From an uncultured Planctomycetaceae bacterium (GTDB lineage Bacteria; Planctomycetota; Planctomycetia; Planctomycetales; Planctomycetaceae), in contig CAWFAK010000007.1 of the NCBI GenBank assembly GCA_963813715.1, forward strand, positions 768,001 to 832,000: a stretch of 64,000 nucleotides of DNA. Reading direction: 5' to 3'. The position numbers were made by a program, and so were the translations under genes. A model generated the notes under the pieces. It saw nothing but the letters and a program-made list of their open reading frames with translations. It searched no databases and had not been told where the DNA came from. Below are positions 43,948 to 55,450 of the stretch, piece by piece (within the stretch, counting starts at the first letter, position 1; every line of letters begins with the position of its first letter).

Positions 43948-44032
43948 TGAACAGGAGGAAACAGAGGTAACGGAGGGGGTGACGCAATACAGCATTTCTC
44001 CCAACTCTGTTACCTCTGTTTCCTCCTGTTCA
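43948..44032. repeat. 28-bp purine/pyrimidine-skewed inverted repeat (REP-like)
   Basis: tgaacaggaggaaacagaggtaacggag (43948-43975) and ctctgttacctctgtttcctcctgttca (44005-44032), 27/28 complementary. Confidence 0.85.
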
Positions 44033-44339
44033 AATCCTCTGAGCCGGATCCTCGGTCTTCGTGCCCAGTCCCATGCTTTCGGCGTTGCCGGGGATCTTTG
44101 CTCCCCCTTAGTGAATTCTCGGACCCCGTTTTTCGCAACTCTTTGTCCTTCCGCAATTTATTGGCTAAGGCCTTTCATCGCGAGGACTTAGGCCTGTCTG
44201 GTTGCAGCTCGTCATTCCCCGTTGTTACCCGTTATGAAGGCAATCGACCGGGACAAATCCGGGACACGTGCTGGGGTGGGGCTGCCTCATTCGGCGTGTG
44301 GATTCTGGTGATTCTTGGCGGCATTGCTGCTGCAGTTAT

Positions 44340-46330
44340 CGCACCCGATCCGCCTCGCGACGGTCGGTCACGCTGCCGCTCCGAGATCGATGCCGATCGT
44401 CGCGTGCGCTACGAAAACGCAAGCCGAGAAATCGACGCAGCGGTCAGCGAAGCGCACCAAAAACTCCCCCGCAGTCCTGCGACAGCCGGCGGCGCCGTTT
44501 ACGCGCGCTTTAGTAGTTGGTCGCAGAACAGCACCGAGGATCAAGTGCGACAGATGCTTAAGTTCGCCGTTGAAAACGGAATCTTCGTGCCCCGCGAGCA
44601 CGTCTATTTCGACTTGGCCGTGAAGGGCTACAAGAATAATCGCCAAGGCCTCAACGCACTTCGTGATCTGCTCCGCGAAAAGAAGGTGAAGGTTCTTTTG
44701 CTTTTTGCGACTAACCGGCTTTTTCGCAAGGTCTATCGCACACTGGAGTTCGTCGAGCAGGTCGTCACGGAGCACGGAATACGCTGCGTGTTTGTTAAGA
44801 GTGCCATCGACACCGCCAGCAAGGGCAGATGCTGCTGCACATGCGGGCGATGATGGACGAGTTCCAGGTTAAGGTCAACGTGGAGCACATCCGCGCGGCA
44901 CTCGAAGGTCTGTTTCTGGAGGGATATGTCCGGGGCACTCTGGCGCTCGGTTACCGCGGAGAACCGGTGCCGGGCAAACTGACGAAGCGCGGCCTGCCTC
45001 GCCTTCGAATCGTCATCGACGCGGATGAGTTAAAAATTGTCACCCTCATCTTCGAGTGGTTTGTCCACGAGCGGAAATCGCTCGTCGGGATTGCTCAGAA
45101 ACTGAATGCTATGCCGGGCGTCCCGCAGCCACGCAAGTCGAATGGCAATGGGTGGAATCGGAACTCCGTGAGGGCGGTTCTCAGGCGGGCGGCATATCGG
45201 GGCCTTTGGACATTCTCGACGACAGAGAAGATTTTCCTGCCCTCGAAGGACTACGCTCGACAACTCCCGCGTGAAAAGCCGCTCAACGAGGTTACTTTCG
45301 AGAACCTGCGGATCGTCTCCGACGCATTGTGGTTCGCGGCACAGAAGCGACTGGCACAAAACACGTGTATTCGGGGCCGCAAGTCCAAGAAAGAGGACGC
45401 TGATCAATCGCTCCGTATCCTGAGCGGCCTCTGCTGGTGCCCGGAGCACGATCGTCCGCTGCGGGCAGACAGTGCGTACGGAAAGTACATGGGCTGTCCC
45501 ATTTGCGCGACATTGGAGCCGGGGACACGGCTTCTGTTTTCCAAACCGCGTCGGAAGGACGTGCTGCGGCTTCTCTGCGAGAAGTTGGCCGAGCTGATTC
45601 GCCAGGACGAGAATCTGGTCGAACGGATCATTTCGGCTGCTCAATCGCAAGCCGCTGCCGTTCAACGCCCCGATGAGTCAGAAGTCAAAGGGCTCGAAAA
45701 ATCCGTTGCCGAGCTGACCCGCAAAATTGACTTCAACATGCGGAATCCGGGTGAAACCGAGGAGGACGAGCAGGAGATTGCGGGGACGCTTCGCAATCTG
45801 CGTCGGGACCGGCAAAACATCAAGAATCAACTCGGCTTCCTTAAATCGGCCGCTACCGAACCGGTGCGTGTGCCGACGCGGGATGAGGCTCAACAGTTGC
45901 TTGACCGCTTCGACGACATTCTTCGTCGAGCCGCCGCTGGCCAGCTCCGGGACGATCAAGACGTGGCACGTGACATCCTGGAAACGTTAACCGGCGGCCG
46001 GATCGACATGTATCAGCAAGGCGAGCGGCGGCCCATGCACGGATGGCTTCAAGGCCGGTTCGCCGTAAGACTACTTGATGTTCTTGTCGAGAAGCTCGCG
46101 GGCGTGAGGCGGCACGGACAGTGGTGAAGGGCTCAAGATCTTCATCGATTTCAAACGCACGCGAAAAACCGATATCGACGCCGACAAGGCGATTCGGCAA
46201 TTGCTTGACGGACGGATGAACAAGGAGATCGCGGACAACCTGGAATGCGTCCCGAGCTATGTGACTCGTCTACTAAACATCGGTGCTCGACGCTTGGGTA
46301 CGACCGTGGAGGCGTTGCGAGCCCAACGCT
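44340..46330 (+). mobile_element. Large serine recombinase gene, frameshifted (~44828, ~46110) and apparently 3'-truncated; start approximate
   Basis: AVYARFSS (catalytic Ser), STEDQ, RQGL..L, ATNRLFR; recombinase domain IAQKLN..WNRNSVRAVL, LRIVSDALWFAAQKRL; Zn ribbon LSGLCWCPEH..CPIC; coiled coil; C-terminal HTH-like KEIADNLECVPSYVTRLL. Confidence 0.85.
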
Positions 46331-46557
46331 GCCGCCGCGGTGCTCAACGCGGCCGACAAGTCCGCCTCGGCAGGAAATCAAACCGCCGCCGAGGCCAACC
46401 GGGCCATGGCTTGGCTCAAGCAATCCATCGCCGCAGGCTACAAGGACGCGGCGCACATGAAGACGGACAACGACCTCGGCTTTCTTCGCGCGAGGACTTC
46501 AAGAAGCTGGTGTTGGAGCTAGAGCGAGTCCCAAATACAGCAAAGGCGCAGCTGTGA
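46330..46557 (+). pseudogene. Orphan C-terminal tail of a TPR Ser/Thr kinase
   Basis: ANRAMAWLKQSIAAGYKDAAHMKTDNDLGFLR/REDFKKLV aligns by eye with ADQAMAVLDKAVGAGFRNLDQISKDPNFDSLRPRDDFKKLL at ~55025-55150. Confidence 0.7.
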
Positions 46558-46652
46558 ATCGTCGCCGTGCCAGCCGAAAACCGAACGCCCTCGGTAGAAT
46601 GCTGCAACGCGCGCCCCCAGTCGGCTGCTGTGATGATTCAGGAATTTGGCAG

Positions 46653-47213
46653 ATGAGTGGCGATTACCTCTTGCGGACTTCCTGGCCCCTGGGCTTACTG
46701 GTCACCGCAATCGCTTTTTGCGGATGCGGCAGCCGCGCCGCGATTAAAGAGGCGATCAAGGAACAGTTAGCCGAAACCAAGGGAACCCAGGTCGAGGTCG
46801 CGAAATTCTCCGGCAATGTCACGATCGACGGCCAACCCCCCTCGGTTTCACCCGAGCACGTCCTGGTGCTCATCTTGTATAGCGCCATGGACGCACAACC
46901 CGGTCACGAGACGCTCTATCACACGACCTGCGATAAGGATGGTCGCTTCGAGTTCACGCGCTATACGAAAGGGGATGGCGTGCCGCCCGGTTCCTACACC
47001 GTGTTGTTCGACGAACTGATACGTCGCCGCGGCTCGCAGTTTATTGGCGCGGACGAGCTCAAGAATCTTTACAACGATCCGGACAATTCACCGTTTCACG
47101 TCGAAATCGCACCGCCCGGAAAGACCGACTGGGAATTCAATCTGGAGATTGCCGGTAAAGACCCCGTCGCCACGCCCGCATCGCATGCGATCACTCGCAT
47201 AATGAGGCGATGA
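46653..47213 (+). CDS. Lipoprotein, paralog of 14414-14983
   Basis: Lipobox FCGC; VTIDGQPP, GVPPGSY, LKNLYNDPD, GKTDWEFNL. Confidence 0.8.
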   Translation: MSGDYLLRTSWPLGLLVTAIAFCGCGSRAAIKEAIKEQLAETKGTQVEVAKFSGNVTIDGQPPSVSPEHVLVLILYSAMDAQPGHETLYHTTCDKDGRFEFTRYTKGDGVPPGSYTVLFDELIRRRGSQFIGADELKNLYNDPDNSPFHVEIAPPGKTDWEFNLEIAGKDPVATPASHAITRIMRR

Positions 47214-47620
47214 CGTAGACCGTGAAGTCGGCGGCGGCGCCTTAGCACCGCCCGCCCACGAGCGGCTCCGGAGTTGGGACAACGCCGCCTACCGACGGAG
47301 TACCGATCCAACGCGGCGGAACCCCGCGGGTATTCGACCACTTTGGCTTGTTCACTGACGGGTCCCCCCCGGCGCAGGGTGCGCAGCGCCGCCGCAATCC
47401 CGAAATCTCAACCCTTTTCCGGGAACACCATCTATGGACCGATAAGTGCGGACGCGACAGGCACCCGAAACTCATCCGTTTTGCGGCACGCTGTTCCGTG
47501 CACCAGATTGCCATACGCTTTGGCGGAATCCGGCCTCTCGCTGCGAGAGCGGATCAAACGCCCGGAAATCAGTGGCAGGATTCGAACGTTTTCCGGCGTG
47601 GCACTGTCAATGGAGCTTGG

Positions 47621-48501
47621 TTACAGCGAGTTGGCGGTCGAGGTCGCGAGACGGTAGTTTTTCAGAATCTCTGCGGCTGTGAGACAGCGCGGATAGATTG
47701 CTACCTCATCCAGCCCGCCTCTCAAAAAACTCGTGAGGTCGCGACTGCCGAGTCGCAGTGGCGCCGTTCCGGCTCGGGGAGTTACGCGATACGAGCGATA
47801 CAGCGTGGGGGAACTGGGAGGGCCGTTCCTGAGCACTCCGTCGCGATAGATGAAGACGCCCGCGTTGTTGCCCGGCGGTTGATACACGGCCACGACATTG
47901 ATCCACTTGCCAGCAACGATCGGATCCTCGAAATGCGCTCCGGCCCCTTCCGCTCCGTGGGGATTCCAGATGTACGCTGAGATGCGATTGGGGCGGCTCG
48001 AGTCTTTCCTGTAAAACCGAAAGCCCCATTCGAATGCGCCCGCCTCCCCCTTGCCGAGCCAGTGGATATATTCCGAGTTGCGCTGGCAAGGGAAAGTCAG
48101 CGCGTCTGGACGCAACCAGGCCTGCACGGTTAAGCCCATGGTGCCGACGCTGAAATCGCTCTGGGTGGGAATCTCGACGTAGGATCGGCCGTCAAGGCCG
48201 ACGGCCGTGTTGGCGTCACGCCGAATCGCCCCGGGCTCGCCGAGCGCGGCGCTCCATGGTAGACGCCGCTATTCTGAAAGCCGGACGAGTCAAGGGCCGT
48301 GGGTGTGTTTCTCTCGCCCAAGCGCCAATATCCGGCTGGCCTGAGGGAAATCACATGCTGGCTGTAGGCCGAGTTGGCGACGGGCGCTGCGGGCCGCCGA
48401 CCGCCTGCCACAATCGCCCGACGGTTCGTCAGCTCCACGCTGGCTAAGCCGGCTAGAGCGAGCTTCAGCCACTCGCGCCGAGTGAGATCAGATGCGTTCA
48501 T
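47621..48501 (-). CDS. Tat-exported LamG/concanavalin A-like domain protein (frameshifts near 48230 and 48140)
   Basis: LTRREWLK, PAGYWRLGE..ALDSSG, LTVQAW, GKWINVVAVY, IYRDG, LRLGSR..GGLDEVAIYPRCLTAAEI. Confidence 0.85.
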
Positions 48502-48684
48502 GAGCTGTTCCTTCCTGAGCCCCGTTTGAATCTGCAGAGCGCCGATTCTTGTCAGGTCCCCGCGGGCCGCGCAAACGAAGGATTGCGATTCGATCACTTT
48601 GGCTCTCGGGCACCGGAGGACTGTGACTTTTGATCGGGAAAACGCACTCGATCGAGCTTCGCGGACGATGAAACAGGTGCATCG

Positions 48685-49467
48685 CTAGCGACGAGCATTG
48701 GTGCTGTTCTCAGGATGTTCAGTTCTAGTTTGCGGGTGGATCGCGCGCTTGTTCGCTGTGTGCGTCTCGGCTCGCCTTTCGACGACGCTGGGCGCGTGAG
48801 CCGGAATGGCATTGCGGACAAGATTGTTCCTCAGAATTGCTTCTCCCCGCGGACTTCGGAAGAACGTGTGGACTCGCTCGAGGAACGGGCGATTAAGCTG
48901 CGCCAGCTGAAGCAACCGCGGTAGCTCGACGACCTGCGCGAAGGTCATGTTTACCTGCAGGATTCGCGGAACCGGCTCAAAGATCGTCAGGCTTCGAGGA
49001 ATCGTCACGAATCCACTGGGGTTGGCGACGAGCACGTACTCGCCTGAACCGGCGACGAAGAGGAGGTCCTGCACGGTGCCAATCGCAACGCCACCGGCCA
49101 GGATTGCCCTCGAGCCGATGATATGGCTGCCGCGAATCAGACTCAGACTCGGGACCCCGGCAACAGGAACCGCTTGCTCTCCGGCCGCCGGGACCGGTTG
49201 GACCGGGGCTGCTGGGAGCGGTTGGGCCGCCGCGGATGGGCCCGGTACGGCGGGAAGCGCTTGGACTGGGGCCACGGGAACCGGTTGGGCGCCGGCTGCC
49301 GGAAGCGGCTGGGCTGGGGCTGCCGGGACTGGAACCGCCGGGGTCGGTTCTGGAACCTGGACAGGTGGATCGGCGCTGGCCGGCGCTTGGCCGAACGAAA
49401 CTTCAGTTGCCGACAGGGCGAGGCAGCCAACGAGAGCAATCACGGCACAGCAACGGATGGTGTTCAT
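48685..49467 (-). CDS. Secreted protein with Pro/Ala 8-aa repeats and a PRC-barrel-like domain
   Basis: Signal peptide; QPLPAAGA/QPVPVAPV/QPLPAAPV/QPVPAAGE repeats; RGSHIIGS..IGTVQDLL..EYVLV..FVTIP. Confidence 0.6.
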   Translation of the reverse strand: MNTIRCCAVIALVGCLALSATEVSFGQAPASADPPVQVPEPTPAVPVPAAPAQPLPAAGAQPVPVAPVQALPAVPGPSAAAQPLPAAPVQPVPAAGEQAVPVAGVPSLSLIRGSHIIGSRAILAGGVAIGTVQDLLFVAGSGEYVLVANPSGFVTIPRSLTIFEPVPRILQVNMTFAQVVELPRLLQLAQLNRPFLERVHTFFRSPRGEAILRNNLVRNAIPAHAPSVVERRAETHTANKRAIHPQTRTEHPENSTNARR

Positions 49468-49675
49468 TGGGATTCCTTATATTTTGCGTCGCGTCAAGTC
49501 CCTTGGTGGAAGGGCGCGACCATTATCGTTTGGAGGCATTACAGGCAGATTCGAAAGGTTTACGTCTGCGACACAGCGACTTGATTTCGGCCGCAAAGCC
49601 AATGCGCCCCGGGGACCAGACAGCGATCCCCGAGGCGTGACGACCATTGGACCAAAGCCATGGAGCCGGCGTCGG

Positions 49676-50736
49676 TCAGCGGCCAGTCCGGGCTTTTCTG
49701 GCGACGGCCGGAGACGCGGGCGCTGACGGCGAGGGGCTGGCTCCGCCTCGCGTCAGTTTGACGAACAGCTGGTAGCTGCCGGCATTGTCTGTGAAGACCG
49801 AATCCCAGGCCAAGATGTAAGCGACTCCGCCGGTTGAGCAGGTACCCACGTTGGGAACGTTGTGGCCCAGGAAGAAAAACGGAGGGTTGTTACTCATCGA
49901 TTGGTAGACCGACGGCAGAGTTCGCGCCTGCCCAATGGCGCGCGGCATGGTTGCCCATAGAGTGCGGTGGCTCCCATCGCCACTGTAATAGGTGCCTTCA
50001 CCTTGAGGCAGACAAACAACCACACCCCCCTGTTCGCACGAAATACCCCCCGAAGAAGGTTCCACTCCGAAGGGATCGCGGAACATTTCTGCAGCGCCTC
50101 CCTTAAGGAAGCCCTGAGCAAATTGCGCCGCGTCCGTAATCGCCGAATTGGCACTCGTGCTGCCAGTCTCTGCATCGACGACGGCCTCGGTGCCGTCGGC
50201 GACGAGGCCGATGATGCTCGAGAGAGTCGGATCGCCCGAGCTCTTGGAAAAGGAGCAGATCCCGAGGCGCTCATGATCTGGATGGTGTCTCCTGCCTGGA
50301 GTCCTGTAATCGACACGCCAAGGGGATCGGCCACGTTGATAAAGACCGCGACGAGACACGACGGCTGCGAGCGGTCCCAATCGAATTCTTTGCCGAATCC
50401 CGACGGTGCGGTGCCTACGGTGACGACGGTCGAAGTGCTCGATTGATTCGTGGCGCGGCTTACGGCCCGCAGACGTTGAGGCGTTGCCTTGTGCAGCGAT
50501 CCCGCGAGCTTGAGGTAGGAACTGTTGACGCCGCCGGTAGAGCCGGCAGCGTTCTTCGCCGCCCCACTGGTCTGCGTCGCGGGCGTGCCCCCGAACGGAA
50601 TCCGGCCGTTCTTCTTAATTGCGGCCTCGATAGCCGCGATGGCTTGTTTACTATCGGCGCGAACGTGCGTTGTGGCGAGTGTTAGCGCAACCGCCAACCC
50701 GACCGTCGTAAGCCGACCGAAACGAATGCGTGTCAT
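49676..50736 (-). CDS. Secreted hypothetical protein, divergent from the ECF sigma (frameshift near 50260)
   Basis: MTRIRFGRLTTVGLAVALTLATTHVRA signal; globular C-terminal part ending ILAWDSVFTDNAGSYQLFVKL. Confidence 0.65.
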
Positions 50737-50818
50737 GGGGATCCGCTCGCTTTCTGGGACGTTGTCCTGTTTGAAAATGGGTTCCGAAATCCCGGCCTCG
50801 ATTGAGCCCTCTTCCACT

Positions 50819-50849
50819 AGTGCGAAATCGCTTATCGATCTGCCGAAAA
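50819..50849 (-). promoter_or_regulatory. ECF-type promoter motif copy C
   Basis: Minus strand ttttcggcagatcgataagcgatttcgcact, upstream of ATG 50736. Confidence 0.65.
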
Positions 50850-50949
50850 AAAATGACAATTCTTCAAACCGCGATGGGAGATTAGGCGCGATGCGACGAA
50901 CATCGATGGGTCGTCGGTAATTCTTTCGAGCCCGATGTGCCGAAGCCGG

Positions 50950-50955
50950 TATACT
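50950..50955 (+). promoter_or_regulatory. Sigma70-type -10 (TATACT), probable leaderless promoter of the ECF gene
   Basis: TATACT 7 nt before ATG 50963; no Shine-Dalgarno. Confidence 0.5.
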
Positions 50956-50962
50956 CGATTGA

Positions 50963-51511
50963 ATGAGCGACGTGACGCGAATTCTCAACGCGATCGAACA
51001 GGGCGATTCTGAGGCGTCGGAGCAGCTCTTGCCGCTCGTTTATGACGCACTCCGCAGGCTCGCCGCTCATCGGATGGCGCAGGAGCGGCCCGGACAGACA
51101 CTCGACGCGACGGCTCTGGTGCACGAAGCCTATCTGCGGCTTGTCGAAGTTCCCGAGGTCGGGCAGTGGCACGGACGCGGGCACTTCTTTGCGGCCGCGG
51201 CCGAGGCGATGCGGCGGATCCTGGTCGACAATGCCCGCCGCAAGAGTTCCGTGAAACATGGCGGGCAGCGGCAGAGAGTTCCCGTAACGGACATCGCCGA
51301 CGAGAACGATGAGGGCCCGTTATTGGCGTTGGACGCCGCGTTGACCCGGCTTGCGGCTGAGGATCGTGTGGCTGCGAAAATCGTCGAAATGCATCATTTC
51401 GGCGGCTTGAGCCACGAGGTGATTGCCGATTCGCTGGGGCTGACGGTCTACCGGGTTCGCCAGAAATGGACCTACGCCCAGGTTTGGCTGCGGGACGCCA
51501 TCGAACGCTGA
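50963..51511 (+). CDS. ECF sigma factor, kinase-associated type (TIGR02999 / Sigma70_ECF-like)
   Basis: MSDVTRIL..GD..ASEQLLPLVYDALRRLA, GQTLDATALVHEAYLRL, HFFAAAAEAMRRILVDNARRK. Confidence 0.95.
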   Translation: MSDVTRILNAIEQGDSEASEQLLPLVYDALRRLAAHRMAQERPGQTLDATALVHEAYLRLVEVPEVGQWHGRGHFFAAAAEAMRRILVDNARRKSSVKHGGQRQRVPVTDIADENDEGPLLALDAALTRLAAEDRVAAKIVEMHHFGGLSHEVIADSLGLTVYRVRQKWTYAQVWLRDAIER

Positions 51512-51533
51512 ACTCAGCATCATCGGTGTTTTT

Positions 51534-51566
51534 TTTTCGACAGATCGGTCAGCGGATTTCGCATGA
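51534..51566 (+). promoter_or_regulatory. ECF-type promoter motif copy A
   Basis: ttttcgacagatcggtcagcggatttcgcatga, between the sigma stop and the kinase ATG. Confidence 0.7.
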
Positions 51567-51592
51567 ATAAAGGAAGCGCCTAAGGATCCTTC

Positions 51593-54500
51593 ATGCCGCT
51601 CGACCCCGATCGTGTCCAGGCTATCTTTCTAGCTGCCGTCGAAGCTGAGGATCTGGCGCAGCGCCTCCGAAGTCCTAAATGCCCAATGCGCTGACGACGC
51701 GCAACTGCGCGCCCGTGTCGAGGCGCTCCTGCGGCTGCATGATCAATCGCGCGAACTGCCCGAAGTCGGGACTCTCAACATCGCGCGGGAACGGGAGGCG
51801 CCGGCAATGGAGCCATCAGCCGCGAGTGCCGGCAAAATCATCGCGGGCCGCTACCGGTTGCTGGAAGAAATCGGCGAAGGAGGAATGGGAACCGTTTGGG
51901 TCGCCGAACAGATTCAACCGGTTCGGCGCCGCGTGGCGATCAAGCTCATCAAGTTGGGAATGGACACCCGTCAGGTCCTCTCGCGCTTCGAGCTCGAGCG
52001 CCAAGCGCTGGCCGTCATGGATCATCCGAACATCGCCAAAGTGCTTGACGGCGGAGTGACCGACCAGGGGTGTCCGTTCTTCGCGATGGAGTACGTCAAA
52101 GGCGTGCCCATCACCGAGTATTGCGATCAGGCCAGAGTCAGCGTCGAGGCCCGGCTTCGACTTTTTGTGCAGGTCTGTCAGGCCGTGCAGCACGCGCACC
52201 AAAAGGGAATTATTCACCGCGATTTAAAGCCCTCCAACATTCTGGTCTGCCCCTATGACGGTCGGCCAGTTCCCAAAGTCATCGACTTTGGCCTGGCCAA
52301 GGCGATCAACCAGCCGCTCACGGAAAACACGCTGTATACAGCGCACGGCGTCATGGTTGGGACGCCCTTGTACATGAGTCCCGAGCAGGCGGAGTTCAAT
52401 AACCTCGACGTCGATACTCGCTCCGACATTTATTCGTTGGGCGTCATTCTCTACGAACTCTTGACCGGAACGACACCCCTCGACCGGAAGCGGTTCAAGG
52501 ATGCGGCCTGGCAGGAAATCGTCAGGTTGATCAAGGAGGAGGAACCGAGCAAGCCGAGCACCAAGCTCAGCGGGTCGGGCTCATTGCCTGCCGTTGCCGC
52601 CCAGGCGCAGTTTGGAGCCGGCACAATTGACCCGCTTGGTGCGCGGCGATCTCGACTGGATCGTCATGAAAGCGCTCGACAAAGATCGCTCCCGCCGATA
52701 CGAGACGGCCAACGGCTTGGCGCGAGACCTCGAGCGATATTTGGCCGACGAAGTGGTCGAGGCCCGGCCCCCTTCGGCCGGCTACCGGCTCCTCAAGTTC
52801 GTTCGTCGCAACCGACGAGTCGTGGCTGCCGTGGGGCTGATTGCGCTGACCCTCGTCGCCGGCATCATCGGCACGACGTGGGGAATGTTGAGCGCGGTAC
52901 AAGCTCAAAAGGCTGAAGCTATCCGCGCGGAGGGGGAACGACTCGCCAAGCTTGACGCGGACGAACAGAAATCGAAAGCGATCGCAGCCAACGGACGGGC
53001 GCAAAAGTCGCGCGATCGGGCTGAGCGGCGATTCGAGCTCGCTGTCGAAGCGATCGAGAATTTCCGCTCCGTCGTCGACCGGAATCTCGACGTCAAAAAC
53101 CGACCGGAAAACGAAGCGTTGCGCAAGGCGCTGTTGCAGGCCCCTCTCGGCTACTACCAGAAGTTGCGGGACGATTTGAATGCCGGCGGGGACGCCAGCC
53201 CTGAGACGCGGACGCAACTTGGCGACGCGTATCTCAAGGTGGGCTCGCTCAACTACGACATCGGCTCGCAGGCCGACGCGCTCAAGGAGCTCGACGAGGC
53301 GGCGAACCTTTATGAGCGATTATTTCGGGAGGCACCGGCCGAACAAAAGCCCAAATACCGTGCCCGGCTCGCCCGGACGCTCGCCGAGCGCGGGGAACTC
53401 CAATCCTCCAGCTCGAATATGAACGCGCAGGCATTCGAATCGCTCCATCGCAGCCGGGAGCTGCAGGAAGCCTGCCTCCGCGACAACCCAGCAGACGTGA
53501 GTGCGCAGAACACTGGCCCGGGTGCTCTACAGTCTGGCCGGGCTCGAAGGCCGCAAAGGAAAGCTCGACTGGCGCTCAACACACTGAAAGCGAGCCAAGC
53601 GTCACTGGAAGAAGGTTGCCGACAAGCGCCGGACGATGTGGGGTTACAGACCTTGCTCGCCGGAGTGCATTTAAGGAGAAGCGAGCTTCTTTCCGAGCAG
53701 CGAGGCCGACTGGCGGACGCCCAGGATGCTGCGCAAACGGCGCTGCAATTCATCGAGGGACTCGTCCGCTCGCATCCCGATTCGGTGGAATGCAAACAGG
53801 AGTTGGCTCGGGCCTATTCGCGCCTGGGAATCATCAACCAGCGCCAAGGCGCCCAGGATCGGGCGCTCGAGCTTTTCAGCAAACAGGCCAGCACGTTCGA
53901 AGAGATGGTCCGCCTGCAGCCGACGCGCAACCATCTCAAGCTCGATCATGCTCTTGCGCTGGGCGGTCTGGCATCTGCCCAGTACCACCTCGGGCGGAAT
54001 GAAGAGGGACTGGCCAATCTGCAACGAGGGCGCGACCTCGCGGCGGCGCTCGTTCGCGAAAATCCGACGAATCTGACCTTTAAACGAGCGCTCAGCACTT
54101 TGGACAGCCGCAGGGTTTTTCCGCTTCATTCGATGGGACGCGTGGCGGAGGCGTTGGCGGCCGCGGAGTCCAGCACGACCTTTCTGGAGGAGGTCAACCG
54201 GGCCGAACCTGACGATTTGGGAGCGCTCAAGGATTTAGCGGGGGCTCACTATAACTGCGCACTTCTCAGCAGAGAATTGGGGCGCATCGACGCAGCGGAG
54301 GCGGAGTACAAGAAGGCTCTCGTCCTCCGGGAGCGTCTCGCGCAAAAGCACCCCGACGATCCTTCAATCATCGACACCATTGCGACAACGTTGGGGAACA
54401 TCGGCGTCTGTCAGGAAGACCGCGAGCATTTTGCCGAGGCGAAGGTGTCGTATCAGGGCGCCGTGGACTCCTTACAGAAGCTGTGCGCCGCCCATCCCGA

Positions 54501-55231
54501 CAGTGCTGCCGCTCAAAACCACTTTGCGCGGGCCCGACAGAATCTCGGCAACGTGCTGGCCAGGCTGGGTAAACCGGAGGAGGCGCTTGTCCCCCTCCTG
54601 CGCGGCTCAAGAAGCGAGCGAACGCCTCGCCCGGGAGCATCCGGGCGTTGTGGAATACCAGGACGACGTGGCCCGGGGCTTCCAATACCTCGCCGCGGCC
54701 CTGGCTCGATTGGGCCACGTCCGTGATGCCGAGAAATACTACTCCGAGGCAATTCGCGTCCGCGAGCAAACTCTTCAATCACATCCGACTGATTCCCAAA
54801 ACCTCGCCAGGCTCTTCACACTGTTCAACGAACGAGGAGACTTCGAGCTTGCGAGCCATCAGGCTGCGGCCGCCGTCGCCTCTTACCGAAACGCGGTCAA
54901 ACTGATCGAAGGCCAACCGCACGCGACAAGCGAGCAGCTCTACGACCTTGCGGCCGTCCATGCCAAGCTCGCAAGGAACGGCAGCAAAAGCGGCTTAGGG
55001 TTGAAAGCCGACGAGACGCGCGTCGCCGCCGACCAGGCGATGGCAGTGCTCGACAAGGCAGTCGGAGCCGGTTTCCGCAACCTCGACCAGATCAGCAAGG
55101 ACCCGAATTTCGACAGCTTGCGCCCGCGTGACGATTTCAAGAAGCTGCTCGAACGCTTAGGTCCCCGCTCAAAGCCCGCATCCGGTTCTGGAGGCTCGGG
55201 CGACGCAAACGGCCACGTGAGCGGAAGATAG
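51593..55231 (+). CDS. Ser/Thr protein kinase with TM helix and TPR sensor region (several frameshifts)
   Basis: [88 protein letters not shown], followed by TPRs. Confidence 0.92.
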
Positions 55232-55347
55232 TCCGGCGAGAATGTCGGCGCCGCGCCCAGTCATTGCGGCCGTAGGCACGCAATCGGAGGGCCGCCCCAA
55301 CGCCTCGGTGGGACAATCTTGACACTCGATCACGAATTTTTCATTTC

Positions 55348-55379
55348 TTTTCGACAGATCGACGGCGGATTTCGCATGA
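55348..55379 (+). promoter_or_regulatory. ECF-type promoter motif copy B
   Basis: ttttcgacagatcgacggcggatttcgcatga, upstream of GTG 55451. Confidence 0.7.
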
Positions 55380-55450
55380 CAGGTGGACGGGTCAATGCAA
55401 CCCGAAGATCCCTCGAACCGGAACCACCAACTCCAAGTAGGAGGCCAGTC

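Noticed and set aside
47214..47620. Intergenic stretch with short ORFs
   Set aside because: No recognisable protein motif, RNA fold or repeat.
49540..49640. Possible c-di-GMP-I riboswitch (cgaaag ... gcaaagcc)
   Set aside because: Stems and spacing do not fit the consensus, and it lies on the strand opposite the flanking genes.
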